From Alphaproteobacteria bacterium (lineage in GTDB: Bacteria; Pseudomonadota; Alphaproteobacteria; JBCCNR01), in assembly GCA_047627635.1 (NCBI GenBank), contig JBLHTX010000002.1, forward strand, positions 1 through 45,373: DNA of 45,373 bases, in the 5' to 3' direction. The position numbers and the translations under genes are program-made. A model generated the notes under the pieces. The model did not search any database and had not been told where the DNA came from. It worked only from the letters and a program-made list of their open reading frames with translations. The first letter of the stretch is position 1, and every line of letters starts with the position of its first letter. Of the stretch, positions 45,060 to 45,373 are shown in pieces.

Positions 45060-45373
45060 ATGCAAAAAATTGTACTCACGGGCAATATTGGCTCGGGCAA
45101 ATCAACCATTGCCACCATATTTAAACGTCACAATGTGCCCTTATTCGATGCTGACCAAGCCATCACAGATATTTATCAAAATAATCAGGATTTTAAAACG
45201 GCATTGCAGAATATTAATGCTGATTTTGTCATTAAGGGTGCTGTGTGCAAAAAGACAATCATCAAGTACCTTGATAAAAATCCAGACTTTTTAACAATTC
45301 TTGAAACATTATTATATCCGCTGTTAAACGATCAGCGACAGATATTTATTCAAAATAATCAGGCATCACCCAT
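45060..45373 (+). CDS. coaE: Dephospho-CoA kinase (3' partial; runs off the window)
   Basis: Not in the ORF track because no stop is reached. My own translation is MQKIVLTGNIGSGKSTIATIFKRHNVPLFDADQAITDIY...LETLLYPLL, with the P-loop GxxGSGKST and the DAD motif. Confidence 0.8.
   Translation, partial: MQKIVLTGNIGSGKSTIATIFKRHNVPLFDADQAITDIYQNNQDFKTALQNINADFVIKGAVCKKTIIKYLDKNPDFLTILETLLYPLLNDQRQIFIQNNQASP

Noticed and set aside
45070-45294. 74-aa ORF from the track at the right edge
   Set aside because: It is in the wrong frame. The frame starting at 45060 gives a convincing CoaE N-terminus (GNIGSGKST) and stays open to the window end.
1-45373. CRISPR arrays, transposases, integrases, prophage or IS termini
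   Set aside because: I saw no regularly spaced direct repeats. No ORF has a DDE, tyrosine or serine recombinase motif. The repeats present are intragenic coding repeats or short hairpins.
1-45373. Alternative genetic code (for example UGA read as Trp)
   Set aside because: All conserved genes are full length and end at the expected positions under the standard bacterial code. No in-frame TGA interrupts a recognisable protein.

Overview
Visibly AT-rich, tightly packed chromosomal segment that I assign to an alphaproteobacterium. The assignment rests on a circularly permuted two-piece tmRNA gene, a SciP/DUF1153 gene, and alpha-type gene neighbourhoods: HK-tsaE-amgK-murU, secG-pyrG, lgt-DUF185-pgeF, fliK-flgD, plsX-fabH, hfq-hflX and dnaQ/coaE. 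I call about 40 CDS plus one ncRNA (ssrA). I found no rRNA, tRNA, CRISPR array, transposase or integrase. Most genes are housekeeping. The non-core content sits in a few pockets. (1) An intact but very diverged soxA-like/soxG-like pair lacks soxB/soxD and has no GxGxxG motif (29898-33471). (2) Two tandem paralogous secreted proteins carry a PEP-CTERM-like (S-E-P variant) sorting tail next to ssrA (38768-40179). (3) An acidic EF-hand repeat protein has a C9 homopolymer at codons 11-14 on its coding (minus) strand, seen as a G9 run on the + strand; this is a candidate phase-variation switch (10851-12044). (4) Two large orphan proteins have short tandem repeats and no recognisable domains (14842-16344 and 27860-29893). 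I cannot name a complete known defence or mobile system in this window. The soxAG-like pair and the PEP-CTERM-like pair are the best candidates for undescribed biology. All homology statements come from motif recognition by eye, not from searches.
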